A stretch of DNA of 57,146 nucleotides, the filler included, from Bipalium vagum (Eukaryota): the NCBI GenBank assembly GCA_037834085.1. It is 3 parts of 3 records of this genome, joined end to end, with 100 filler letters (N's around TTAATTAATTAA, not from the genome) between each part and the next. Parts side by side here need not be neighbours in the genome. Positions count along the whole stretch, not along the records: positions 20,128 to 39,268 come from JBBMKC010009114.1; positions 39,369 to 57,146 come from JBBMKC010051867.1; 1 more part is not named here. One strand, written 5' to 3'. Below are positions 35,987-48,498 of the stretch, one piece after another. The translations under genes and the position numbers were made by a program. Numbering within the stretch: the stretch's first letter is position 1; each line of letters starts with the position of its first letter. The notes beneath the pieces were generated by a model, which saw nothing but the letters and a program-made list of their open reading frames with translations, was not told the origin of the DNA and did not search any database.

Positions 35987-37251
35987 TTAGGTAACAAAAA
36001 AAGTTCTCGGAAATATTAAAATTAAATATTTTTTAAAAAATGTCTAACAATAAATAATTATATTGTATTATTATTCGCATTGTTTATCGAAGGTGAATCG
36101 AATTCTTAATTTTAGATATATTTAAATTTATTATAAATAATATTTTTAATTTTTTTTCATTTGTAGATGAAAAGTAGTAGATGGAAAAGAGGTTTCTCTG
36201 CTAAAGAATGCTTGAATAATATGAAATCATCTATAGGTGATGAGATTGTATGCAAGTTGACTGTGTATAAGTTTTTTAGAAATTTCAAAGATGGAAATTT
36301 CAGTTTTGAAAATGAGTAGTCCAAAAGTAATGGATGATGTAGTTTTATTGGAAACAATTCAAACAAATCCGACAAATAGAACTAATGAATTATCGAAGCT
36401 ATTCAAGACAAGTCAAACGATTAGAAATTATTGACATGATCTTGGCTATTCGTCAATGTAAGATAAGTGGGTACCACATTCGCTTAGTGATGTTAACAAA
36501 GAAAACAGAGTGAATGTTTGTAAAGAACTTCTTTATATACATCGAAAAGAAGATTTTTTCCCCAGGATGGTAACTGCTGATGAGAAATGGGTGTATTATG
36601 AACACGTATCTAGACGCAGATCATGAGAAAAGTCAAGTGGAGAACCTTTAGAAGTAGCTAAACGTGTCTTGATTCTTAAGAAAGTATGAATTCTATTTTT
36701 TGGGATATTAGAGGAGTTTTGCATAAGGAATTTCTTAAAAGTGGTCAAACGCTTACTATAGAAGTATATATTCAACAATTAGATAAATTCAATTCAGTAA
36801 TCAAAAAGACTTGGCCTTCAAATGTAATTAGAAAAAGGAATAATCTTCAAATCAGATAACGCCAAGCCACATACATCAAATTTAACAAAACGGAAGCTTT
36901 GACAGACTACGTTGGACAGTTTTGAAACATGCTCCTTATTTGCCGGACAAATCCCCTTCAGATTATAACCTATTCAGATGTTTGCAGAATAGTTTATCTG
37001 GCAATAAATTCAAATCGAATGATGAAAAAATGTCACAGGTTCAGTCTTTCTAAGTTCCAAAGATCATGATTTCTTTAAAGAAGGCATTTAGATGTTTTTG
37101 GAGCCTTGTGAGCCGATTGTGAAGAACAATGGTGCATATATTTTAGACTACGTGGTTTTTGTTATATTACCTTTAATACATGTAATATTTTCAATAAAAC
37201 ATTGAACTAACATATAAATTTAATTTTTCCGAGAACTTTTTTATTACCTGA
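35987..37251 (+). mobile_element. full-length defective mariner
   Basis: TIRs TTAGGTAACAAAAAAAGTTCTCGG and CCGAGAACTTTTTTATTACCTGA, with TA flanks. Motifs KWVPHSL, MVTADEKWV, SDNAKPH and HAPYLPDKSPSDYNLFR. Confidence 0.93.
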
Positions 37252-38142
37252 TATTATCTGATAGATGGAATTTAGGAAATTCTATTAATTTAAATGTATT
37301 TTTCAATTATTATCCATGGAAAAATGAGAAAGTATTATAACAGAGGGAGTTAGTATGATTTTAAATTTTTTGTTTGTATAAATGATTTACAGATGATGAA
37401 TGAAGAAATAAGAATAAATCGATAACCAGACTCATACATAAACCAGAATACAATTTTTCAAAGAAAGCCTATTGAATACTCTTTCCATATATAATTGGTT
37501 TTCTATTTTAAAAAATACTGAAAACAATAATTCCGTCTGAAACAAATATTTGCATAAAAACTAAAACTATTTTAATTCAAAACTTTTTGGAAAATAATTA
37601 TTTACATTTCTAGAATTCAAAAGAGAATAAGACTTATAAAATATCGAAATATATTAATAACAAACTTAAAATCAAACCTCAATAATTAACAGTAAATCTG
37701 ACTTTTGTGATATGCCCAGGGCCCATAAATGTAATAAATAGATACATTTATTCAAAGATATTTTGAATTTTTCAAAAAAGGATTTTTTTAATAGAAACAT
37801 TTTTTCATGTAGGTAACATAAGTGTTGTAAATTACCTGATAGTAATAACAGACTGTTTTCTCTTAGAAACAGAATTGCATTGGATGGAACATCCATCATT
37901 GTGCTGTTTATTAATTTAATATCCAGTTCTTTATTATCAACATGAAAAAGTTGAGTATTTATATAAAATAAATAACATTATATAATAGATCGGTCAAAAA
38001 ACATGAACCAGACTTTCTTGTAGTTATGAAAATTTCCTTACTAATGTGACATGAAAAACAAAAATTCAAATAATAAATATCCATTTTAGATATGAGAATT
38101 CTATAAAAATTATTAAAATATTAAAATAGCTACTTCAATATA

Positions 38143-39268
38143 CGAAGTGGGGTGAAAAGTTCTCGGCCTGATAAAGAAAAAACATCAATTTAATAAAATC
38201 TATCTTATTTTTGATAATTATAATCATCTAGGTAATTGTATTATGATTTTCATTTCATTTGTTTAAATAATTCTGTTGCAGCACTTGTTTGAATTCACCT
38301 ATAATTGCAGTTTTCAAAAAATGGATAAAATGGAGAATCGCGTTGTGATAAAATATTTCGTATTGAAAGTCTTAAGTCCAACGGAAATCAAAAATGAAAT
38401 CAATTCAACACTTGTTGAGTCTGTTCCTTCATTCTCTACAATAAAAAAATGGGCAGCTAAATTTAAATGTGGTCGCACATCAATTGAATATGATGACCAT
38501 TCTGGAAGGCCATGCACAGCAACATCTGATGAAATTATTGGAAAGATTCACAATGCAGTTCTGGATGATCGTCGTATAAAGATTCATAAACTTGCTGATA
38601 TTGTGAAGATTTCAGAGGAACGCGTTCGATACATTATACATCACCATTTAAATATAAAAAAACTATCTGCAAAATGGGTCCCGCGTTTGCTAACCATTGA
38701 TCAAAAGCGTCAAAGAATGAATCTGTCAATTCAATGGTTACAGATGTTTCAGTCGAATCCAAATGAATTTCTACGGCGATTCGTTACTGTTGATGAAACA
38801 TGGGTACACCATCATACCCCAGAAACAAAACAGCAGTCAAAGCAATGGGTAGAAGCAGGTTACAGTGCACCAAAGAAATCAAAAGTTGTTCCTTCAGCAG
38901 GAAAAGTCATGGCAACCGTTTTTTGGGGTACAAAAGGCAATAATATTGATTGATTATCTAGAAAAAGGGAAAACCATTACAGAAGTATATTATGCTTCAT
39001 TATTGAGCAAGTTGAATGACGAGATCAAGAATAAACATCCTCATCTAGCAAGAAAAAAGGTTCTTTTTCATCATGACAACGCACCAGCTCATTCTTCAGC
39101 AGTTGCACAAGCTGAACTCCATGAACTTCGATATGAATTGCTTCCTCATCCGGCGTACTCTCCAGATTTGGCTTCCAGTGATTTTTTCTTCTTTCCAAAC
39201 TTGAAGAAGTCACTTGCAGGAAAACGATTCAGATCAAATATGGAGGTTCAATGTGAAACTGAATCATA
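38143..39268 (+). mobile_element. near-intact Himar1/irritans-like mariner (DD34D), one frameshift, 3' end lost in the gap
   Basis: TA|CGAAGTGGGGTGAAAAGTTCTCGGCCT left end; ATG at 38321. Motifs WVPRLL, VTVDETW and HHDNA...YSPDLASSD, with 34 residues counted between the last two Asp. Single extra A near 38939 (GGC A ATA ATA). Confidence 0.95.
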
Positions 39269-39368
39269 NNNNNNNNNNNNNNNNNNNNNNNNNNNNNNNN
39301 NNNNNNNNNNNNTTAATTAATTAANNNNNNNNNNNNNNNNNNNNNNNNNNNNNNNNNNNNNNNNNNNN
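39269..39368. other. 100-nt scaffold gap with artificial TTAATTAATTAA linker (39313-39324)
   Basis: 44 N, linker, 44 N. Confidence 0.95.
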
Positions 39369-39450
39369 TACTCCCGAAGAATAAAACTATAAATTCGGAA
39401 ATCTACTGTGAGCAGCTGCAGAGATTGAGCGATTCTATCCAACAGTCAAA
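39369..39450 (+). mobile_element. mariner catalytic-domain fragment
   Basis: LPKNKTINSEIYCEQLQRLSDSIQQ. It is not a continuation of the element before the gap. Confidence 0.7.
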
Positions 39451-39673
39451 GTGCTTCATAAATCTAACTATTTTAGAAATTAAGTGATCGTACGAATAAT
39501 TTTTGCAGGTACTGTATATAATTAATATAAATTTTTAACTTTACTTTTTAGCACGCCCATTAAAATAATATAAAATTAAATTAATATTAAAAAATAATAA
39601 TATTAAATAAAATTAATTAATAAAATTAATGTAATATAATATTAAAATAAATACACTTATATCAATATACTTA

Positions 39674-40927
39674 CTCCATTCCATTAAAAAACCCGATTTG
39701 TTAATACGAAGTGTATTGATATTATATTTTAATTACAACAAGAATAAAACACATTATTTACATTATTATTAGTTATTAACGACGAGTGTTGTACATTAAC
39801 CATTAATTCTTTCTGACTAATAATATCTTGCAATATCCGAGATTTACATTCAAAAAGAGATTTCAACGTTTCAGGCCGTGTTGAACAAAATGTCTGTTGT
39901 AATGACAATTCATCAAGATTTTTACAATTATTTCTATGACATCGCTTATTGGGGGAAGTGAAGAAGTCAATATCGTTGACATTTAGATCTGGATACTGCG
40001 CCGGCTGATTTATGACGGTAATACATGGAACAATATTTTCTCCGAAGCCATTGAAATTTTTAAAAATTTTTCTTTCCCGCATGAGGGCGGGCATTATCCA
40101 TTTGGATAGTAACATTCGGACAGCACTGTATTTTTTCAGATATTGCTCGCATAATTTCAGTAGTCATCAAATTATAAAAATTATCGGGTGTCATTGTTCT
40201 ATCAACTTTTTATTTATCACCTTTGTTATGATTTTTGGAAGAACGCTGGGCCTCCATATCTATTTCTATTCTCCAGATACCTATCAACGAATTAAAGCCA
40301 TTTGCGATGTCAGGTTTAACAATAGCTGACAGTATCATAATTCTTGGTGGGTTACCTTTAGTAAGTTTTAGTTAGTTTTCCTCGGACTGTTTTCATGATA
40401 TTGTTCTCGACAGAATTGATACAATTCGAATCGCTTTTCATCTATGTCGACATAGGCATTCCATTTATTGCAGTGATTTTTTCTACAGCATTTTAGTCTC
40501 TTTATTTTCTGATTATCGTTTAAGAGAAGACAGGTTCTTCGGGAGACAAGTTTCATTCCTTCTGCATTGATAATTCTGAAAATACTCGTTGAAGGAATAT
40601 TCGTCTCCTCAGACAGACAAGCAATACTACTGGATCGCCGCTTGCAAATGGCTTCAACAACCCGTTGTCATTTCACAGCACAATCTTCCGAATTCCTTCT
40701 TCCGGATCCAATCTTTCGGATCTTTTAAAAAATTTTTTTCTTAAATCGTGGCCATAAACGTTATTGACATGAAATTTCTCGCATAAATACTTGACTGTAT
40801 CATATTCGGGCTGGACCTTTTCAATTTTCATTAAGATCCTCTCATAGTGGATAAGAAGTACAGATAAACAAATAACATTGATTGCCTATTTTATGGAATA
40901 AAAAAATTGATTTTTTATGGAATGGCG
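39674..40927 (-). mobile_element. defective DD39D-like (plant-mariner/Guest-type) transposon
   Basis: Ends TA|CTCCATTCCATTAAAAAA and TTTTTTATGGAATGGCG|TA. Minus-strand motifs YVDIDEKRF, IQMDNARPH and QPAQYPDLNVNDIDFF, with 40 codons plus 1 nt between the last two Asp. Confidence 0.8.
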
Positions 40928-41098
40928 TAAGTAAAATCATATTAGGCTGTATTAAAAGTTTCCGTGATTTGGAAATTTAATCTTCTTCTATTAAAATAAA
41001 TATTTTAATAAGAAATTCTTAAAAATTTTATTTAATCATCTTTATTTTATTATCAAACTATATTTTAAAGTTTGAGTCAATAATATTAGTTATAATTA

Positions 41099-41100
<2 letters not shown>

Positions 41101-41149
<49 letters not shown>

Positions 41150-41150
41150 T
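41101..41150. repeat. (AAT)n microsatellite
   Basis: About 15 tandem TAA units. Confidence 0.9.
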
Positions 41151-41381
41151 AAAATAAAAAATATTTTTAGATTAAATGTTGTGAGATTTCATTTTTTGAA
41201 ACTAATGGAACGATCCAATTTTTAACTAAATAAATTTTTATAATTATTATTTTCTTTTCTCTCATGAACGCAAAGAAAATGTCTATCTTTAATATCAATT
41301 TTGTTGACGGTGACTACTTAGAAGTTCAGGTTTCATCAAAGTCTCAATTGACATTGTTAAATTATTACCGCATATTTTCAG

Positions 41382-44300
41382 GGGAACGATCTTACATCGA
41401 TATGACCTTCTTGTGTGGTTTCAGATCCTTGAGTTATCCGGAAATGGAGAGTTATAATTTTCTATTTGAAAAATGATCTCTTTCACATATTACCCTTCTA
41501 GATATATTTCAGTACCTGTTGACCATTCCCATGATGCCCCTTGTCACGGGGTTTTTATGATCCATCAGGGCTTACAGCGACGGTTTTCGGTGACTATTGT
41601 ACACGAACCCATTACTGATAATGAAGAAGCGGAGAGTTCTTCATTGTTGTTTCACAGCGTTCGAGAGGTCGTAGTTGGCAGGGTCCGAGATCGACCTGAA
41701 TATGTGGACTTGGACGACTATTCAAAAGTGCTTTCTCTTAACTTGCTACCTGCACATTATATAACCAGCGTTGGGGATGAAAGGTTCCGTTTAATGTCAC
41801 TTATTATTTTATTGTTTTTATTACATTAATTATTTTATTAATTTTACCTTAAATTCGAATTATTAAACTTTATTAAAAAGATAAATATATATTATATTTA
41901 ATTTTATAATAATATTATTTTAATGTTTTTCTAAATGATATCATCGTTCAAATATTTTTCAAGATAATTCTGTGAAAATTAACATTCAATTTATGTTACT
42001 TTCAAATAAAAGTAGAATAAAAACAAGTTTATCATACAACAAAAAATCAGATTAGTGAAAGCTTAATTGATTTCTGATTCAGATATTAACATTTTTAGCA
42101 ATTAATCAATATTTTAATAGATAAATAATATTGATTTATTAATTAATTCAATAGCAAATCTCATAATTTTTCGACTTGATTTAATAAGTGGGGTTTATAA
42201 TTTAGAAGAGCTCAAATAAAATTATTTTATTAACTAGGACTTATTTATTGAATAGGGTTTATGTTTTGGAAACACGGTAGTACTTTTGATAACTTATGTC
42301 GACTCACTATGATGCGACTTTAGGGTTAAGAAAATTTTTAGAAAATATTTTTTGACGATTTCATAAAATTGATTATGTCAACATTCAACAAAAATTGACA
42401 GATCAAAATAACAACATGAATAGGGCCCAACGATATTTCATTCCACTTTCGAAAATGATTTGAAAACAAAACTAATTATTATGTTTCTTAAATTTAGGAC
42501 ATAAATCATTACGCTGTAAAAGGGAACGTGGTAAAATTTTAGAGATATGAACATATTTTCTATTATAAGTACTCATTGAAATATTTTCTTACTTTTATCG
42601 GTCGAAAGAAACGACCCAGAGAAAAGACAATTTGAAATAGTGAAAATAAATTAGTACGATTGTTGCGTTCTACTGAGTCTCAAGATTTTATTTGGTGCTT
42701 TATTAGTTGGTCTTTAAAGTAAAAGTGAATGATAATAAACGAACAAAATAATTGATAAAAACCATATCATAAATCAATTTTCATAGAAATACTTGATTGA
42801 TTGAGCCATCAGGAATATTGGTATATATGAACTTGGAAAATTATTTTTATGTCCAGAGTTTTTAAATTATTTGATAAATAAATTGTGATAAGTTATTAAC
42901 GTTTTTCTCTTAAGATGTCATAATGCAAAGCTGTTGGTCTTCCTGAGCCCAAAACATCTAAATTACCGGATCTGAACTTTTAAATCACCTTTGACATCTG
43001 CGAACGTCCAATGATTCTTGATTGACATTGGAAATGTTTTTCGTTGTAACTGTTGCGCTACTGCCCTCTTTAAATTCAAACAGTATACCATGCCGGATAT
43101 GCAATCCATCCGGTATTTTAGTGGCCATTAAAAGTAAAAATATAAAAAAAGTTTAAGATTCGATATTTTACCACGAAATAAGTTACTTTACCTTTAAAAT
43201 GTATTTAGATTGATTTTAAAATTAGCAATCAATAATAAATATTAATAATGTATTTAAACTAAAAAACGACATTACTTTCCGGTCCACCTAATATGAATTA
43301 CTCAAAGAGAGATTTGCCGAAGGTCAGAGGTGAAAATCTTTATATCAATTTTTTAAAATGCACGAAGAACCTGGTAAGTATGATTTTGATAACGAATAAA
43401 TTCGGTGCTCATTTAATAAATGTTTATAGTGAAAAGAATATCTTTCTTTAAATATCTGAATCAGACAAATAGAGAGGCGTAAAACCAGTCAGAGATTCCG
43501 TTTTGGTAAACTTTAAATACTAAAATTTTTGACATTTCAGTGAACAGGTCACAGACATTACAAATGCATATTTTCATATGTCTCATTAATTTGATTTTTC
43601 GTAATAAAAATGGTTGTACATTAACTTTTATTCATATTAACACTCAATAATATTAGGTACATTTAATACGAGATATACTTATCTTTAGAACCATATATTT
43701 CATGTTGTCATATACGTGGTATCTTCATGTCTAAGTATAGAGAAAGACTAAAGAAATCCCTTGGGTTGGCAAGGTATTATAAGGAGTGTCTGGGTGGTCA
43801 TTTAAGGATCATTGTATGTGAGATACCATAAATTAATATAGGAAAACAAATAATATTTATTTATTGTATAAACATTTTTATTAATGAATACCTTTAGCAG
43901 TCCTTGTTGGAACATGGTAAATAAAATTTGATTTAATTTATTTACTTAGTCTTATTTATTTTATTTTCATAATAATATTTCAATAATAATTAATAATATA
44001 TTATGGTATCTGTGGTAGCTGCGATTTCAACAAATTCAGACATATTTTAAAGATTTTATTGATTAATGACAAATAACAATATTAAAACAAACTTTACAAA
44101 GTCAATAAATTTTATTACGTATTCGGTTTTATTGTAAAAATTTTAATGTGCAAAAACTTTTAAAATTAAAGATATTTTAATTATTAGGTTGTAACATATG
44201 AATTGTCCTTATTTAAAACTGATTTTTATAAGCAACATATGCTCAGTAATAATTGATGAAAATTAAAGTTTGATATATTGATTTATAGGTTAGAAATTGC

Positions 44301-47300
44301 TTCATTTTATAATCACTTTTTTTTTAATAATAACAAATATTTAAAGATATTTAGCGGTCAATATGAATAACATAACACCGGCGGAATTAAGAACCATTTA
44401 TTTTTATGAATGGAAATTGGACAAGATATCCGAACCTGTCAGGAACATAAATTCGGCATTTTGGTTTCATGCTACAAACAAAAAAACTATTGGACGTTCG
44501 TACAAAAATTTCAATTCCAATGATTATAGTTGAGAAATTGCAGATCGTGGAAGGCCAGTCACCATTGTTGATGATGATCTGAAGGCAAAGGTTTAAGAAA
44601 ATCCACGCCAAACTGTGCGAGACCTAGCCAAAGTGTTTGACGTATCAGCAATGACTATTTTTCGTCATTTGAAATCAATAGGAAAAGTTAAAAATCTCGA
44701 CAGATGGATCCCACAGTTGTTGAACAATTTCCAAAAATAATAAAACATTTTTAAAATTGAACGCTAAAATTTGGAAATTGCAAAATATGTTTGAACTGTC
44801 CCAGTGCTCTTTTACACTTTTAATAAATAATAATATTTTCGTAATAGTTTTCTTGATTTTTGGAAAATAATATTCCGTTGTTCTGAAAATAATATTTTTT
44901 CTATGGAATTTTTTTATAAAAACTTACAAAGATTTTTCATTCTTTAAAATAATTTCCATAATTATCCGAAGCCATTATTCATCTGTCAAAAAATCAAAAT
45001 CAAAAGTCCCTGGAGAAAACTCTTCGCTTTGAGTCGAAAAACTGGTAATATACTTTCAACATGTTCTTCCAGCTAAATGATTTGTCATTCGACGGATTTT
45101 TCAGTAATCGAATTATGTGAAAATGTGGTGCGGGTGTGCATGGGTTTTACAGGGGAGGTTGCAGAATTTTCTGTCCAAGTTACGACAAGTTTTCTTGTCT
45201 GTCATTGCAACATCAAGTCAACTACCACCGTTTTTGCAGAATGACACCTTTCCTGTTAGCTAATACTGGTCGTGTATCTATGATTTGAAGTCAATAGTTA
45301 ACGTTTATATATTAAAGGTGATTATAGATTTCCGTGGTGGGATTAGAGTCACTAGATAAAATATAAAACATTGTTTTAAAACATTAAATATTAAAGTTCA
45401 TTTGATTTTTCCAACAAACTCTCTTTCAGGATCATGTTTCGATTTGAAACAGCCTGGGACAGCAGTCTCCATGAGTCGAACCTCCTTAACACAATAACAC
45501 CAAACAATGAACACGTTTTTCTCACAATGTCTTGCTACCTTGACGTGGAGAATTGCGTCAAGCCAGTTTGTATCACTAAAGATTTTTGTCTTGTCGTCTG
45601 TCCTCGGGACAGTCAATTGTCTATTCCTAGGTATATTTTATTGGAATGTCATCATTTAAAATGTGGTCCTGAAATTTTTATGTTGTCTGCTTCATGTTAT
45701 CCATTTCAATGTTGTCCCTTCTTCCCTTGGCTTATTTTTCGGGATCAAGGAAAAAGAGTTTCTTTTCGCTCAGATCACTTCGATCATTTCTCGGTAGCTT
45801 TTGCAAAATCCAGGATATCAACAGAGTCACCGGTATATACGACCTGCAGTTGAAACAAGTCTTGAACAGAGGTTAATATTTTTCTTGTCATCAAATATTC
45901 TAATGTTTATAATTCACATTGTGGGACGAGAGAATGACCAATAGGAAGGTTTCGAAACCATTTTTATCTTTCTAATAAACTAAAAAGGCCGAGGTCTTCC
46001 TTATTTCCCCATACAGAGGAATTTTGGTATACCCATACTGTATTTGTTAACGAGCTTCAACTTAACATTGATTTTCGCCTATCATCTACTGCAGTGAAAC
46101 CCCTTTCCAATATCTAGTGCAGACTTAAATATTCCAGTAACATATTTTTATGTTAGCAAATAATAGTGAAAAGAATGAGGTCAAGATTTTACTTTAATGT
46201 CTGAGCAACAAAGTATGCTTTGATGTAAAGCTACGTAATAGTGAATGGGGCCTGGAAAGCTATCGTTCTATGACCTAATGGTCTCTATCAAGCATTAGCC
46301 CTCCTCTTCAATTTTTTTGTGCTTGTCACCCGCTTACTTATATAATGAACTTCATCTTTTCCTTTTACCATCATATTTTATAATATGAGAGGTCCTTTCG
46401 CTCACATCTAAGCAACTGGCTATTTTAGTAGTTTATGACAGCCACGGTTGATCAAAACAACAAATGAAAAAGGGCACATGAAAACTTCTGAAGATTGTAT
46501 TCCACATAGGAACCATGATTGAATGGTCTTTTCTCTGTGATTGATTGTTTAAAATTATTTTCTCCTTTAAGGTCTTATTACCAAAGTCTTATTTATGAAG
46601 ATATTTATCCTACAACATCCCATTTCTCCTAAACTTTTCTGTTGGTGGATATTGGTGCAATTTATTTTATTGAACCCCTGTCTGTTTACTGAACCTTTTG
46701 CATATAAGACGATGAAAATGTTTGTTTTTGAAATTGGTTTTCAAGCGGCTATTGATCTTGTGACAGAATATTTCCTTATTTGTACCGCTTTCTTCTCTAA
46801 GCCCTTTATACCCTAGTGATAATAGACCTCGTGATTTGAACATGTTTTATACTAATTATATCAAACTTCCCAGTTCTTCTGTTTTTTGAGAGTAAATAGT
46901 TTATCAGACCCATGTCGCTATTTCCATAAATGGTCAGTTTAGTCCATATTTATATTAAGTCATGTGAACCGAAAAGTCCTATGGATTTTGACCAAGAAAA
47001 TTCCAACAGTTTTTAACAGGTTTATTTTACCAAATAAGGTTCATTCCCTTTAATTACTTTTCTTTTCTAGTTAGTTACGGGAAACCCAAATATCCTAGTG
47101 GGTAATGAATCCAAGTTTTTTTGTATTTATGGTCATGCACGGTACTCCATGGTATTTGGGATATTTCTGATAATTCTGAAACACTAAGGCCAAATTCTGG
47201 ACTATGATCTTCTGAAAAATATCAACAGTTTCTGTTAACACAACATCTTGACCATAGACTTCACAAATCTTATTGGTGGTAATTTGAAAATGATTACCCT

Positions 47301-48438
47301 TCTTATAATAAAAAATGAATAACTGCCAAAAATGGTTCTTTAGCAGGTTCCTTTCTAAATCTCAAAGGATTACTAATCGGAATATATTTTCAGTTAAAAA
47401 ATAAATCACCGCCATTTTTTATTTATTGATTTATTTAAACAAATAAAACTTCTATCAACAGCATTTCTTTTTAAAGAATTCATTGAAAAATCCACAGGAC
47501 TTTCCGGATGACCTAATATGTAGCACTACAACTGTGACAGATAAGATTATAAGTGTATTTGAACTATCTCCATATTGGAGTCTGTTTAGAAATCAAATTT
47601 GATTCGTCTCGACCTATTTATGTCATAGACACGGTCTTCAATGAACGCAATTGTCTTATTTTAGATGAATACTCTCCTAACATGCTTCGGCTTCATCTTT
47701 GTTTATTGATAAAGACCATTCCCATTCAGGAAGTCACAGAAGAGCCAGGCGCCAACAAAATTACAACAGTATATATGTTCGAGGTGAAGAAAATATAAAG
47801 GGATGGCTTCCAAGAAGTGATTCGTTAATATTGGATCACCAGTGGCAATTAGAGAAGTTGACTAAACTTCAGATGGTTTGATACCTTTCATAAATATCAT
47901 TATTAGTATTCCTACTTAACTTCTTTTCAGGTAGAGAAAGTCCGTCACATTTTACTACTTAGAGAGAAGTTAACAGAAGCAGGTCGATATAATGATATCA
48001 AACAACTCGATGAAAAGGCCAGAAGGGAGCAGATTAAGCAAAACCGTGCTTATAGAAATGCCCTATGGCATAAATGTACCATGGTCGTCAACAAATATAA
48101 CTATTCAAATTCTGATAGCTGTGCTCAGTTAGACTATATGACCAACGTGGATAGTGGTGTGGTCTGTGGGTAAAGATTGGTTATATAACAGCCGAATAGG
48201 GTTTTGAAGATATTTTCCAGATGCAATGACAAGGATTCTGGTACCACAGGCGAGGAAGACCTAATGACCACCAGCTTAATCATGCCGGGTGATGAGGAAA
48301 TACTCAACGAAGAAGGAGGAAGAGAAAAGCTGCTAACGTCCCGCTGTGTTGAATTAATGAGCATTTCAAACAAATCAAGCCAGCCGTTTCCGTCTAATGT
48401 GAACAAGGTTGTTTCTGAAGACCTTCATCTTATTTCTG

Positions 48439-48498
<60 letters not shown>

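Noticed and set aside
37672-37899. 75-aa minus ORF as first exon of the unknown gene
   Set aside because: It has a phase-0 donor but composition close to background; noted as possible only.
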